A stretch of 64,000 nt of DNA from the IMG/VR virus record IMGVR_UViG_3300025913_000002. One strand, given 5' to 3'. Below the pieces are notes generated by a model. It worked only from the letters and a program-made list of their open reading frames with translations, had not been told where the DNA came from and did no database searches. Below are positions 55,187-63,539 of this stretch, one piece after another (positions within the stretch are counted from its first letter, which is position 1; the number at the start of each line of letters is the position of its first letter). The position numbers were made by a program, and so were the translations under genes. This DNA is from an uncultured virus (IMG/VR IMGVR_UViG_3300025913_000002). Taxonomy: Duplodnaviria > Heunggongvirae > Uroviricota > Caudoviricetes.

Positions 55187-55761
55187 TCCGCCACCACTTT
55201 CCCGACATACCGCCGCCCGTAATGATCCACAAGCCGAACCTCCCAGACACCCTCGACTTCCAGCGTTTCGACCACCTTGAGCGGAATATCCGGTCGTTGT
55301 TTCTCGATCTTCGCTGGACCGTCCGGCGGCGTCTTGATGTGCCAGTTCCAACTCTTGTCCGCGCGGCGCTTGCCGATTGGCCACTTCTCGGCGACCCAGC
55401 CACACCGCCGAACGTCGTTGAAGACCTTCGACCCGAACTTCCGCTTGAAAGCCTTCGCAAACTGGATTTCGTTGCCGAAACGCCTGCGTGCCTGGCTGTA
55501 GGCGTCTCCCTGGCAGAAGCAGGACCGGAGCCGCGTCTGAGCCTCCACGTCACGCACCGCGCTTATCGCCGCAAACACCTCTTCGTCAGAACTCTCTGAC
55601 GAAACACTCATCCCGATCTCGTGAACACGGACAGCGTGACCCGTCAGCGCATCCACGATCACATTCTTGACACGCAAACCCATAGCAGGTACACTTGAAC
55701 CGTCGGTCGTTGTAGCCAGCACTGCAACCTCCTTCACGTTATAAGAGCCGATCCTCCGCAA
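55183..55761 (-). CDS. hypothetical protein
   Basis: 192-aa ORF; start uncertain. Confidence 0.45.
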   Translation of the reverse strand: MRRIGSYNVKEVAVLATTTDGSSVPAMGLRVKNVIVDALTGHAVRVHEIGMSVSSESSDEEVFAAISAVRDVEAQTRLRSCFCQGDAYSQARRRFGNEIQFAKAFKRKFGSKVFNDVRRCGWVAEKWPIGKRRADKSWNWHIKTPPDGPAKIEKQRPDIPLKVVETLEVEGVWEVRLVDHYGRRYVGKVVAE

Positions 55762-56151
55762 AAGGATCGGCTCTCGTTGTTTCTTTACCCAAACTCTGTT
55801 CAGAGTCTGAACACTTTTCTAACCTTCTAAAACGCGCACGCGCGCTATCTACACTGTATTAGTATATTAACTCTCTAATACATAGGCAGAACAGAATTCC
55901 CAAGGTGGTACTAATCCGCCACCATCGCCGTATTTACGATCCAACCTCGACCGAAAAATTACCGCGACTTTTTTGGGGGTCGTTTCCCACCACGGCCTAC
56001 CCCCTCGCCGTTCATGACGCCACGGGTACCGGGTAGGGGTCCTGACTTGCAGCCACGCGTCTACTGTTAGGAATGACTGGTACTAGACTACGTAACATAC
56101 CGTTTATTATCGGACGTTGCGCACACGTGATAACTGCAGACGTGTGTCTGC

Positions 56152-56844
56152 CTACTTTGGAGGGGCGTTGACCAGTTGCGCAAGCTCGCGACTGATGCCG
56201 TCAAGGGCTTTCGGGTCCGTCACGTGCGTACGTATGATGTGAGTTACCGCGCCGAGCATAACCATTGCCTGCTGTACGCTTATCATTTGCTGGCTGTCTA
56301 CGAGGTGTTTCCGCTCGCTCTCCTTCAGCAGCCGTATTTCCTGCGTTATCTGGCGTAACTCTTGCCACGCAGCCCGCTCGTTGTATCCTGCGTCTATCGC
56401 ATCCAGGATGGCATTTAAGGCGCGTTCGCGTGTCTGTGCTGCATCCTTGCCAAAGGCGTTACGGTAGGTCTGTGCGTGGTCGTGAAGGGCTTGCCAGAGC
56501 GCTCCACTCTCCTCTTGTGAAGTGGCGGATAGTACATCCCAGAAGCGTGCCTGAAGCAGAGCAATAGCAGATGTGAGCGAAAGGATGTTCGGATCGTTCA
56601 TCGATTCACGGTAGCTGTCCTGCAGTCTAGCCGGGATGAACTTGCTACTGCCACCATGTTTATAGGTAGCAGATGCGATACCGCCAGGCGACCTTCCGCC
56701 GTGGTGATAGCAGACCGACTTGCCTATCATCGCGGGTCGTCCGCACGGTCCTCCGTGGCGTTTTGACTTTGCTGTACACATCCGATTGACACCGGGTGTC
56801 TGTTGTGACATAGACTGTTGCACGGCTATCGCCAGGTCTTCCAC
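56152..56844 (-). CDS. terminase small subunit-like protein (HGGxSTG domain)
   Basis: CTAKSKR.G.PC..PA..G..VC..HGGRS.G; first gene of the late strand. Confidence 0.75.
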   Translation of the reverse strand: MEDLAIAVQQSMSQQTPGVNRMCTAKSKRHGGPCGRPAMIGKSVCYHHGGRSPGGIASATYKHGGSSKFIPARLQDSYRESMNDPNILSLTSAIALLQARFWDVLSATSQEESGALWQALHDHAQTYRNAFGKDAAQTRERALNAILDAIDAGYNERAAWQELRQITQEIRLLKESERKHLVDSQQMISVQQAMVMLGAVTHIIRTHVTDPKALDGISRELAQLVNAPPK

Positions 56845-56866
56845 GGTATTACCTATCCCTCATTAT

Positions 56867-56895
56867 TTGACAAACCCTAACAGATAGTGTATCCT
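56867..56895 (+). promoter_or_regulatory. sigma70-type promoter with operator in the spacer
   Basis: TTGACA-17-TATCCT; contains CTAACAGATAG. Confidence 0.7.
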
Positions 56896-56917
56896 CTTAT
56901 ACGGAGGATTATCGACA

Positions 56918-57121
56918 ATGGACGAAACCGAGAAAATTCGCGAAGTGATGTCTATCCTCGGATCGCGAACATCCGAGAAGAAGAAGAAACAGAGTGCCGA
57001 CAACGGCCGCGCTTCTGCTGATCTCCAACGTGGCCGCGTATTCAGCGCCGAGACGCGCGCCAAGATGAAGGCAGCGCAAGCGGCACGGCGAGCGCGAGAA
57101 GCGGCCGAAGAGACCACCTAG
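56918..57121 (+). CDS. small basic protein with NUMOD3-like motif (putative repressor)
   Basis: GGAGG RBS; RGRVFSAETRAKMKAA. Confidence 0.65.
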   Translation: MDETEKIREVMSILGSRTSEKKKKQSADNGRASADLQRGRVFSAETRAKMKAAQAARRAREAAEETT

Positions 57122-57161
57122 GTTTTTTTCAACTATTTTCTACATGTAGACAAAATATGTC

Positions 57162-57190
57162 TTGACACACGCTAACAGATAGCGTATACT
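57162..57190 (+). promoter_or_regulatory. strong sigma70-type promoter with palindromic operator
   Basis: TTGACA-17-TATACT; ACGCTA-ACAGA-TAGCGT. Confidence 0.8.
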
Positions 57191-57375
57191 GTAGATGTGA
57201 GAACGAACTAAATACAGAGACATCCCGGAACGGTACCAACCTCTACCTGCAACCCCGAAGTGGACAAGCAGGAAAAGCCGAGATGTGACCACTAGCAGAC
57301 AGAGGATGGATTGCAGGCTCGCTGCCTGCCTGCTGGTTTATCGTACGCATCGACAAACACAAGGAGCCAGAGACA

Positions 57376-57624
57376 ATGGCAAGCACGAACGGCATGGGCG
57401 CTCACTACCACGCGCTAGTCATCATGCAAAACGGAACCGTTCACCGGGTCGCAACAAAGCAGACGGCCGAACAATGCGCAACGTACCTTGCGTTACGGTT
57501 TACCCCTCCGCTTTGGAATGAGGCTCGGGTTCGCCGCGATCTCATCAAAATTGGTACGGTAGAGATCGAAGACGACAAGTCGCTCATCGTTGAAAGCTGC
57601 AACGACGTTTGTTGCCACATCTAA
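57376..57624 (+). CDS. hypothetical protein
   Basis: AAGGAG RBS. Confidence 0.65.
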   Translation: MASTNGMGAHYHALVIMQNGTVHRVATKQTAEQCATYLALRFTPPLWNEARVRRDLIKIGTVEIEDDKSLIVESCNDVCCHI

Positions 57625-57721
57625 GACTGTTACCGCCGTCAGAGAATGGACCCTCCGCTCGCTGCGGAACGGCGGTTTGATCCTGGTATCGCACACATCA
57701 CATCATGGAGGTTTTGAGACA

Positions 57722-57934
57722 ATGACACGGCAGGAACAAATCGAATTCGTTCGCGAGCTTTCGAACAACGTCGCGAACAGCATCATTGAGCAAATCGAAC
57801 GAGATCGCGTTCTGGCAGACTGGGACGGCAAGGAGTTGCGTCTGCTGCTCGCAGACAAGCATTCCGAATGGGACATGGCAACACGCGCAGACAAGCGCCG
57901 ATACCGCAACACGGTCGCCATTCGCGGCTTGTAA
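57722..57934 (+). CDS. hypothetical protein (MTRQEQIEFVREL...WDGKELR)
   Basis: GGAGG RBS. Confidence 0.65.
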   Translation: MTRQEQIEFVRELSNNVANSIIEQIERDRVLADWDGKELRLLLADKHSEWDMATRADKRRYRNTVAIRGL

Positions 57935-58023
57935 GTCACACAAGCAAAAGCGGCCGGGTTTCGAACCTGCACAGTTCCCCCGGCCGCACGTCCCCTCATG
58001 GTCACGAAAGGACAGTTAAGATT

Positions 58024-58191
58024 ATGGCACAGACGGATTATGAGCGCGCCGTTCAGCGCGTGGCAGAAGTTCTCAAGCGCAAATCGCCGCAAACGTTGGC
58101 TGCTATTCGCTCATGGGTTAAGGCGGTCGGATCGGACGCTATCCTATCCGCAACGAAGCGCGATATTCGCGAATGCGCAGGAGCGTTCTAA
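58024..58191 (+). CDS. small hypothetical protein
   Basis: GAAAGGA RBS. Confidence 0.5.
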   Translation: MAQTDYERAVQRVAEVLKRKSPQTLAAIRSWVKAVGSDAILSATKRDIRECAGAF

Positions 58192-58193
58192 CC

Positions 58194-59342
58194 ATGAACG
58201 ACCGAATATTACAGATCCCACTCCATGAGATCATAGCCGGTGAAAACGACCGGCTGCAATTCAATCAGGACGCGCTCCGCGAACTGGCAGAGAGCATTCA
58301 ATCAATAGGGCTTGCGCAACCGATTACCGTTCGGCCGATCATGCAGGACGGCGAACACATCGGACTGTACGAGATCGTAGCGGGCGAACGGCGATTCCGA
58401 GCGTGCAAGCTGCTAGGGATGGAAACAATTCCGGCGCTCGTTCGCGAAATGACCGACGAGAGTGCAGCCGCAATTATGCTGGCTGAGAACCTACAGCGCG
58501 TAGACATCAGCCCGCTTGAGACCGCGAAAGCGTTCCGCAAACGGATCGATCAATTCGGATGGACGCACGAAGAGATAGCCAGTCACGCGAACGTCAGCGC
58601 GTCCCTAGTCGCGCGCCGTCTTAAACTCCTCGGCTTATGCCCGGAAGCCGCATTCCTACTCGAAAAGCAGAACCTTCCGATCGGACATGCCGAAGTCATG
58701 GCGCAACTCGACAGTAACCGGCAAATGCTTGCGCTCCGGCTATTCCAGGGCAGCCGCGCACCGAGCCTGCAAGAGTTCAGAACTTATTGTTCGCATCTCA
58801 TGGCCGAACAGACACAAGAGTCTATGTTCGATCTTACCGAGTGCATGTATCAGACGCAGGTCGCAGCCGTGGCGGAAGTCACCACGAAACGCGGCGCGGG
58901 CGTGCAGACACACCCGAACTTGCCGACCGCGAAAGCGAAAAAGACGATCGCGGAGACAATCGAGCAGTACATCGCGGATCTATCCGCCGTCGGGCAGTCG
59001 GGTATGGCGCTCGCGATATGCAATCTGTACGACGCGCTCGTATCGAACGGAATGACGAACGTTCCGGCCTCTCGCCTCTTGCCGTCGTCGCTGATTGATA
59101 GCGGCGAAGTTGTCAGACCGACCTACTTTAACCGCGCACGACCGGCGCAGAATGGCACAGGTGACAGCATGAACACGACTACCGCCGAACTGCTATCCGC
59201 ACTCGAAACCGCACAGAAGATCATTGCCACCGCGCGCCAATACTTCCCGAAGTCAATTCGGAACTCGGATCGGTTCGCGCTTGAGGCCGCATCAGCAGAG
59301 ATCGGCAAAGCTATTCATAAGGCAACGGAGGTAGAAGCATGA
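58194..59342 (+). CDS. parB: ParB/Spo0J-family protein, apparently fused to a downstream small ORF
   Basis: LRELAESI...GLAQPITVRP, IVAGERRFRA, ENLQRVDISPLE.A, HTH. Confidence 0.85.
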   Translation: MNDRILQIPLHEIIAGENDRLQFNQDALRELAESIQSIGLAQPITVRPIMQDGEHIGLYEIVAGERRFRACKLLGMETIPALVREMTDESAAAIMLAENLQRVDISPLETAKAFRKRIDQFGWTHEEIASHANVSASLVARRLKLLGLCPEAAFLLEKQNLPIGHAEVMAQLDSNRQMLALRLFQGSRAPSLQEFRTYCSHLMAEQTQESMFDLTECMYQTQVAAVAEVTTKRGAGVQTHPNLPTAKAKKTIAETIEQYIADLSAVGQSGMALAICNLYDALVSNGMTNVPASRLLPSSLIDSGEVVRPTYFNRARPAQNGTGDSMNTTTAELLSALETAQKIIATARQYFPKSIRNSDRFALEAASAEIGKAIHKATEVEA

Positions 59343-59409
59343 TCCTAACCACGCTCGCCGGCCTCCTCCTGCTGCTCTGCGTCGTGTTCGGCGCGAAAGG
59401 AGATACGCC

Positions 59410-59715
59410 GTGAACGAGATACCACTCCACATCCAACACGCCATCAGCAACAGCCCGGTGTTCGCCGAAATGACGATCAAGCTAAACCAGATCGTACAGC
59501 TCTGCAACCACGAAGGCACGACGCTCGCCACGGAACAGCGCGAAAGCTTGGAGGTTGTTCGCGTGCTGACGACGATCAAAGATGATCCGCGCGTGTTCCG
59601 GCTTTACGCGGACTACGTGGCGGAACAGGTACACGCAGAGATCAACAAGAGGGAGACAAATGAATTCGCGCGATCTCGACAAAGCCAGCAGACTTGCCGA
59701 CAAACACACTTCTGA
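59410..59715 (+). CDS. hypothetical protein
   Basis: AAGGAG RBS, GTG start. Confidence 0.5.
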   Translation: MNEIPLHIQHAISNSPVFAEMTIKLNQIVQLCNHEGTTLATEQRESLEVVRVLTTIKDDPRVFRLYADYVAEQVHAEINKRETNEFARSRQSQQTCRQTHF

Positions 59716-59875
59716 AGAACTGGGACAGATGTGCATGGAAACTGTTGGCAACAAGAAACAATCCGATATTCTCGCGTGGGCCGTGACCCTGCGACTCGCC
59801 GCGAACCGGGCCGCTGCTGGCAATCCTGTTCCCACTTGCGGATACTCTGGACGACAAACTAACCGGCGGCGCTAA
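59660..59875 (+). CDS. hypothetical protein
   Basis: GGGAG RBS (MNSRDLDKA...). Confidence 0.5.
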   Translation: MNSRDLDKASRLADKHTSEELGQMCMETVGNKKQSDILAWAVTLRLAANRAAAGNPVPTCGYSGRQTNRRR

Positions 59876-59889
59876 CAAGGAGATTGGAA

Positions 59890-60084
59890 ATGGAAACACT
59901 CTGCACGATCATCTGCAAAGGTAACGACCTGTACGAAGACTACGTTTATACCTGCGTGCCTCTCAAAGAGGCTATCGAAAACGCCGAAGAAGCACTCTGC
60001 ACCGAGAAATACAAATTCGTCCGCGTCTACGCCGAGACCAACAACGGCACAACGCTAACGCTCATCTACTCACCCACACCCTGA
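59890..60084 (+). CDS. small acidic protein
   Basis: AAGGAG RBS. Confidence 0.6.
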   Translation: METLCTIICKGNDLYEDYVYTCVPLKEAIENAEEALCTEKYKFVRVYAETNNGTTLTLIYSPTP

Positions 60085-60186
60085 GAAAAGGAAGCGGCCA
60101 CGCCCGGAAAGGAGTAAACCGAGCGCGGCCGCTTTAGAGCCGTCGGGGGACAGGCGACGGGAGTGGGGCGGAAGGAAGGCGGACAC

Positions 60187-60295
60187 AAAGAAAACAGGCT
60201 CGCGTCCACAATGGATGGCGAGCCTGCTCTGTGCAAAGGTGTGAGACGCAACTATCTCCACTGCAATTCTACTGCAAGCAGTTCAATTTTGTCAA
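60187..60295 (-). ncRNA. candidate ~75-nt sRNA with its own promoter and terminator
   Basis: TTGACA-18-TAGAAT (60295-60266); CAGGCTCGC/GCGAGCCTG stem plus TTTTCTTT. Confidence 0.5.
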
Positions 60296-60336
60296 GTGCT
60301 CGGTTTTTTGTGTAACTATTTTTCAGTTTTTTACAA

Positions 60337-60383
60337 AATACCTAGTTTTACCCCTTGACAACCGGTACTAGGTATTGTAAAAT
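60337..60383 (+). promoter_or_regulatory. sigma70-type promoter with inverted-repeat operator
   Basis: TTGACA-17-TAAAAT; AATACCTAGT...ACTAGGTATT flanking the -35. Confidence 0.8.
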
Positions 60384-60454
60384 TAACCTATCACAAACAC
60401 ACAGGCGAGCCGCGCTGGAACCGCGATCGCCGCGACGAAGAGGAGACTACGAAG

Positions 60455-60670
60455 ATGATTAAGGCAAAACTGTTTGACAGCCCAGCAGACAAGTATGGAT
60501 GCGATGTGATCGCGCATTTTCCAACAGACGGTAAGCCTTATCTGACCTATAGTGACGGCACGCGAATTCGCGGCAAGGCAATCGCCGACGTTTTCGCGTC
60601 TGGCTTGACCGCAAGCCAGATCGAACTTCTGAAGTCCGCAAATTACCCCATCGTCGGAACTAAGGAGTAA
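60455..60670 (+). CDS. small hypothetical protein
   Basis: GAGGAG RBS. Confidence 0.65.
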   Translation: MIKAKLFDSPADKYGCDVIAHFPTDGKPYLTYSDGTRIRGKAIADVFASGLTASQIELLKSANYPIVGTKE

Positions 60671-60672
60671 TC

Positions 60673-61017
60673 ATGGACACATTAAGCCCAGTTGAGTTTT
60701 TAAAGTCGTTTGACAACACGAGACTCGTCCACTGCATCCAGACGCCGTTATCCGTCGCAGGGCTGAATAACCTGCTGGAAGAGCATAACGGCGCAGGGGA
60801 CTTCATTTCGAAATCTGATTGGCCGAGGGCTGTAGAAGCAGCAACTTACAATGAGCGGTTAATCCGAGACGGGATCGGATTGACCTACGAAAACGGATGG
60901 CTCGTGATGTACCACGGCTCGCAGCGCAAAGCGTATCGAGGATCGTCGGTGGAAGGTTGGGGCAGCGGTCTAACTGACAGCGACCGCGAATATGCCAGAT
61001 CGTTTTTCGAGAAGTAG
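60673..61017 (+). CDS. hypothetical protein
   Basis: AAGGAG RBS. Confidence 0.65.
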   Translation: MDTLSPVEFLKSFDNTRLVHCIQTPLSVAGLNNLLEEHNGAGDFISKSDWPRAVEAATYNERLIRDGIGLTYENGWLVMYHGSQRKAYRGSSVEGWGSGLTDSDREYARSFFEK

Positions 61018-61074
61018 GGTTAGTCGGGGCGCGCCGCTGGAACCGGCCGCCCCCGGACGACAAAGGACAAAAAA

Positions 61075-61341
61075 ATGAACTATGTGATTTCATCCAAGCA
61101 ACGATTTAACACCGCCGAAGAGGTGTTCTCGGCAGCATCGGACCCGATCGGTATGCGCGGTAACCTCTGCGTAGAGCAAATCACGCAATCGCCGCGCCGC
61201 ACTCGCATTGTGGTTGAGTGCAACGCTAAAGGGGCATGGTACGGATCACTTGGCGGCTACTACAATGCCGCGCAATTACTGGCCCATGACATGGGCGCAA
61301 AAATTAGGGAAGCAAAAGAGAGTGATTTGCGGGGCGCGTGA
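61075..61341 (+). CDS. hypothetical protein
   Basis: AAAGGA RBS after leader hairpin. Confidence 0.65.
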   Translation: MNYVISSKQRFNTAEEVFSAASDPIGMRGNLCVEQITQSPRRTRIVVECNAKGAWYGSLGGYYNAAQLLAHDMGAKIREAKESDLRGA

Positions 61342-61407
61342 CTGGACTCACCGCCCCCGGCCCGCCAGGAGACAGCGGGCATACTCAGTTTACCAGGGAG
61401 ACAACCA

Positions 61408-61584
61408 ATGCCGCGATACATCCTATCCAACATCAAAGGCCGCGTCGTGTTCGTGCGGCCAGATATGCCCCGGACGCCGATTATCCAGGTGTTTAGCCAC
61501 TACGGACAGGCCGAAACGAAACGCGCGGTAGAGCTGATCCAGAAGGCCCTTGAGGCGGAGGAACAAACCAGTGGGCAAGATTAA
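61408..61584 (+). CDS. 58-aa hypothetical protein (not in the ORF track)
   Basis: GGGAG RBS; MPRYILSNIKGRVVFVRP... Confidence 0.55.
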   Translation: MPRYILSNIKGRVVFVRPDMPRTPIIQVFSHYGQAETKRAVELIQKALEAEEQTSGQD

Positions 61585-61768
61585 GGACCGTCGCGCCGTC
61601 ACCAGCCCGGTCAACGCCCGCAAGGGTGGCAGGCCGCGCACAGTCGGCGACGGCGAAATCTACAGCATCAAACTCCCGCGCACGCTCTACGACTGGCTGC
61701 GCTCCTTGCCCACCGAGGAGGTGCGGAGCCGTCTGACGCGGTGGATGGTCGAAGAGCATATTGTCTAG
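61571..61768 (+). CDS. small DNA-binding protein (GGRPR plus RHH-like)
   Basis: GGAGG RBS; KGGRPR...YSIKLP..LYDWL. Confidence 0.6.
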   Translation: MGKIKDRRAVTSPVNARKGGRPRTVGDGEIYSIKLPRTLYDWLRSLPTEEVRSRLTRWMVEEHIV

Positions 61769-62241
61769 AGACGTTTCCGGCTGTGACGGTCTACGGCCCC
61801 GACCACGCGCAGCCGGTCGTCGTCCCACGTAGACTTATCTGTCGTCACGACCCCCGCCGCCGTCGGGTTACCTACATCACGGACTTTGCTGCCTTGTGCA
61901 ATCGCGATCTTGTATCGCTCGCGCTCGATCGGGTCCGACGGGTCGCGCATAATCATCTTCGCCTCTCGTATCTTATCGCGCACAAGCTCCGCCCACCGAA
62001 ACAGCGTACTCTCGTGACGGTACCGGTCCTTACGCACCAGGCTCGGATAATCGCACTGCATCTCCTTAAACGTTTCGCCGTCTTGACTGCGCCGCCAGAC
62101 TTCCACCTTCAACTGCCACGACGCTGCGCCCGTTTCGCGCTCGGACAAGAAACCGTTCCTGCCGAGCCAGCGCGCTAAATCGACATCGCGCGACACGCAC
62201 AGCCGCCGCGCAATAACCTCGTCCGTGTTTGATTTGTCCAT
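61765..62241 (-). CDS. hypothetical protein, possible HTH regulator
   Basis: 158 aa; weak HTH-like segment. Confidence 0.5.
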   Translation of the reverse strand: MDKSNTDEVIARRLCVSRDVDLARWLGRNGFLSERETGAASWQLKVEVWRRSQDGETFKEMQCDYPSLVRKDRYRHESTLFRWAELVRDKIREAKMIMRDPSDPIERERYKIAIAQGSKVRDVGNPTAAGVVTTDKSTWDDDRLRVVGAVDRHSRKRL

Positions 62242-62275
62242 AAATCAAAATCAGTCGAGATTTGGAAATGTCCTT

Positions 62276-62479
62276 CTACTGATGCTCAAGCCCCTCCCGC
62301 GCCAGCGCGATCAACTCCCGACACCGATCGCACGGCGCTTCGTAGTAGCCGTGTGCGAGGATCGTGGCAGGTTCCGTGTCGGCGATTGCCTGGAGTGTAT
62401 TGCTAAATCGGGCATTCTGTGCGAGCAATTCGTGAATAGCTTCCCAAGCGGTTTCCAAGTCCGTAATTGGTCGGTTCAT
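62276..62479 (-). CDS. small hypothetical protein
   Basis: GGAGGTGG RBS; ATGA overlap. Confidence 0.55.
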   Translation of the reverse strand: MNRPITDLETAWEAIHELLAQNARFSNTLQAIADTEPATILAHGYYEAPCDRCRELIALAREGLEHQ

Positions 62480-63039
62480 TCTGCTCCACCTCCTCCCTCT
62501 CGCCCCGCTCGCCGTCGCTGTCGTCGTGCCCCGCTCGCGCCGTCGGTGGTGGTGGGCGTGGTGGGGCGGCGTGGATAGTAAACGCGGGTACGCGCTTTAT
62601 AGGCAACAACGTCAGCACGACTGAGCATCTTGCGACCTTCGATATGGGTCAGAATACGGATGTGACCCCTCTTGATTGCCTGATAAACAGTGATCGTTTT
62701 TAACTGAAGCAGATCAGCAGCAGCGGGAATATCGATAAGATCGGCTATGTCAACACCGTTGTTATATGCGCAAGCGCCATTGAATGACGAAGGGTCCTTG
62801 CCACACTTGCGAATGTTGCAGGCAGGATGCGTTACCTGCATGTTTTCAGCGTTGTTCGATCCACCTAGCACCTCAGGCTGTCGGTGGTCTAGGTGCATTC
62901 GATCAAAATCAACCGGCGTACCGCACAAAGCACAGATGCCGCCGTCACGCTCATAAATCATCCGCCGAAATAAATGATCCTTCTCCGCATGCAGCAAAGA
63001 AGTAAAACGTGAATCTGTAATGCCGCGATAGTATTTCAC
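62476..63039 (-). CDS. HNH endonuclease fused to an excisionase-like HTH
   Basis: IYERDGGICALCG...DH..P...GG.N..EN.Q..H..CN..K; DLIDIPAAADLL...TVYQAIKRG. Confidence 0.8.
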   Translation of the reverse strand: MKYYRGITDSRFTSLLHAEKDHLFRRMIYERDGGICALCGTPVDFDRMHLDHRQPEVLGGSNNAENMQVTHPACNIRKCGKDPSSFNGACAYNNGVDIADLIDIPAAADLLQLKTITVYQAIKRGHIRILTHIEGRKMLSRADVVAYKARTRVYYPRRPTTPTTTDGASGARRQRRRAGREGGGGAE

Positions 63040-63191
63040 TTCTGCTCACCGTCCTTCTGTATCTTCTGCTCCAAAGAACGGATCAACTCGCGCACAATCT
63101 CGGTCTGAGAACGACCTTCCTGCGCTGCGTACGTCTCAAGGATTTGCTTCTCCTTGGGCGTAATCCTAATACCAATCATGTTCTTCTCCAT
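63036..63191 (-). CDS. CopG/RHH regulator
   Basis: IGIRIT..E...L..YA...GRSQTEIVRELIRSL. Confidence 0.8.
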   Translation of the reverse strand: MEKNMIGIRITPKEKQILETYAAQEGRSQTEIVRELIRSLEQKIQKDGEQK

Positions 63192-63280
63192 GCTAACAAT
63201 TTTACTGCAAAAATTAAAACTTCCGAACACATCCTATGATAGCATATTTATTGACAAATTGCTAGCGATCGTGCTACAAT
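63190..63280. promoter_or_regulatory. divergent promoters with GCTA(A/G)CAATT inverted repeat
   Basis: TTGACA-18-TACAAT (63251-63280); operator-like arms near 63192 and 63257. Confidence 0.65.
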
Positions 63281-63305
63281 ACTAAAACATCGAAAGGATA
63301 CTACA

Positions 63306-63539
63306 ATGCCCAAGACTTACGAAATCGTACCGTGCAACCCGTTCTACAATTCGGCGTTCGAGCAAGTGGCAGGCTACTGCGCCGCCGCGCCGAATTGTAG
63401 GCTCGAAGACAAGGATGAAGCGATTCGCCGATGCAATGCATTGCAAGCAGAATTCCCGGCGTGGCAATGGGAAGTCAACGAGCACGAGGGAAGGTTCTAC
63501 AATCGCATCCATTCGGCACAGAAGAAAGCAGCGCAATGA
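63306..63539 (+). CDS. hypothetical protein
   Basis: GAAAGGA RBS. Confidence 0.65.
   Translation: MPKTYEIVPCNPFYNSAFEQVAGYCAAAPNCRLEDKDEAIRRCNALQAEFPAWQWEVNEHEGRFYNRIHSAQKKAAQ

Noticed and set aside
57948..57990. GGTTTCGAACC T-loop suggesting a tRNA or attP remnant
   Set aside because: No cloverleaf around it and no integrase recognised; only a GC-rich intergenic hairpin
60090..60132. SRP-helix-8-like CCCGGAAAGGAGTA hairpin
   Set aside because: The conserved CAGG/AGCA internal loop is not matched and there is no supporting context
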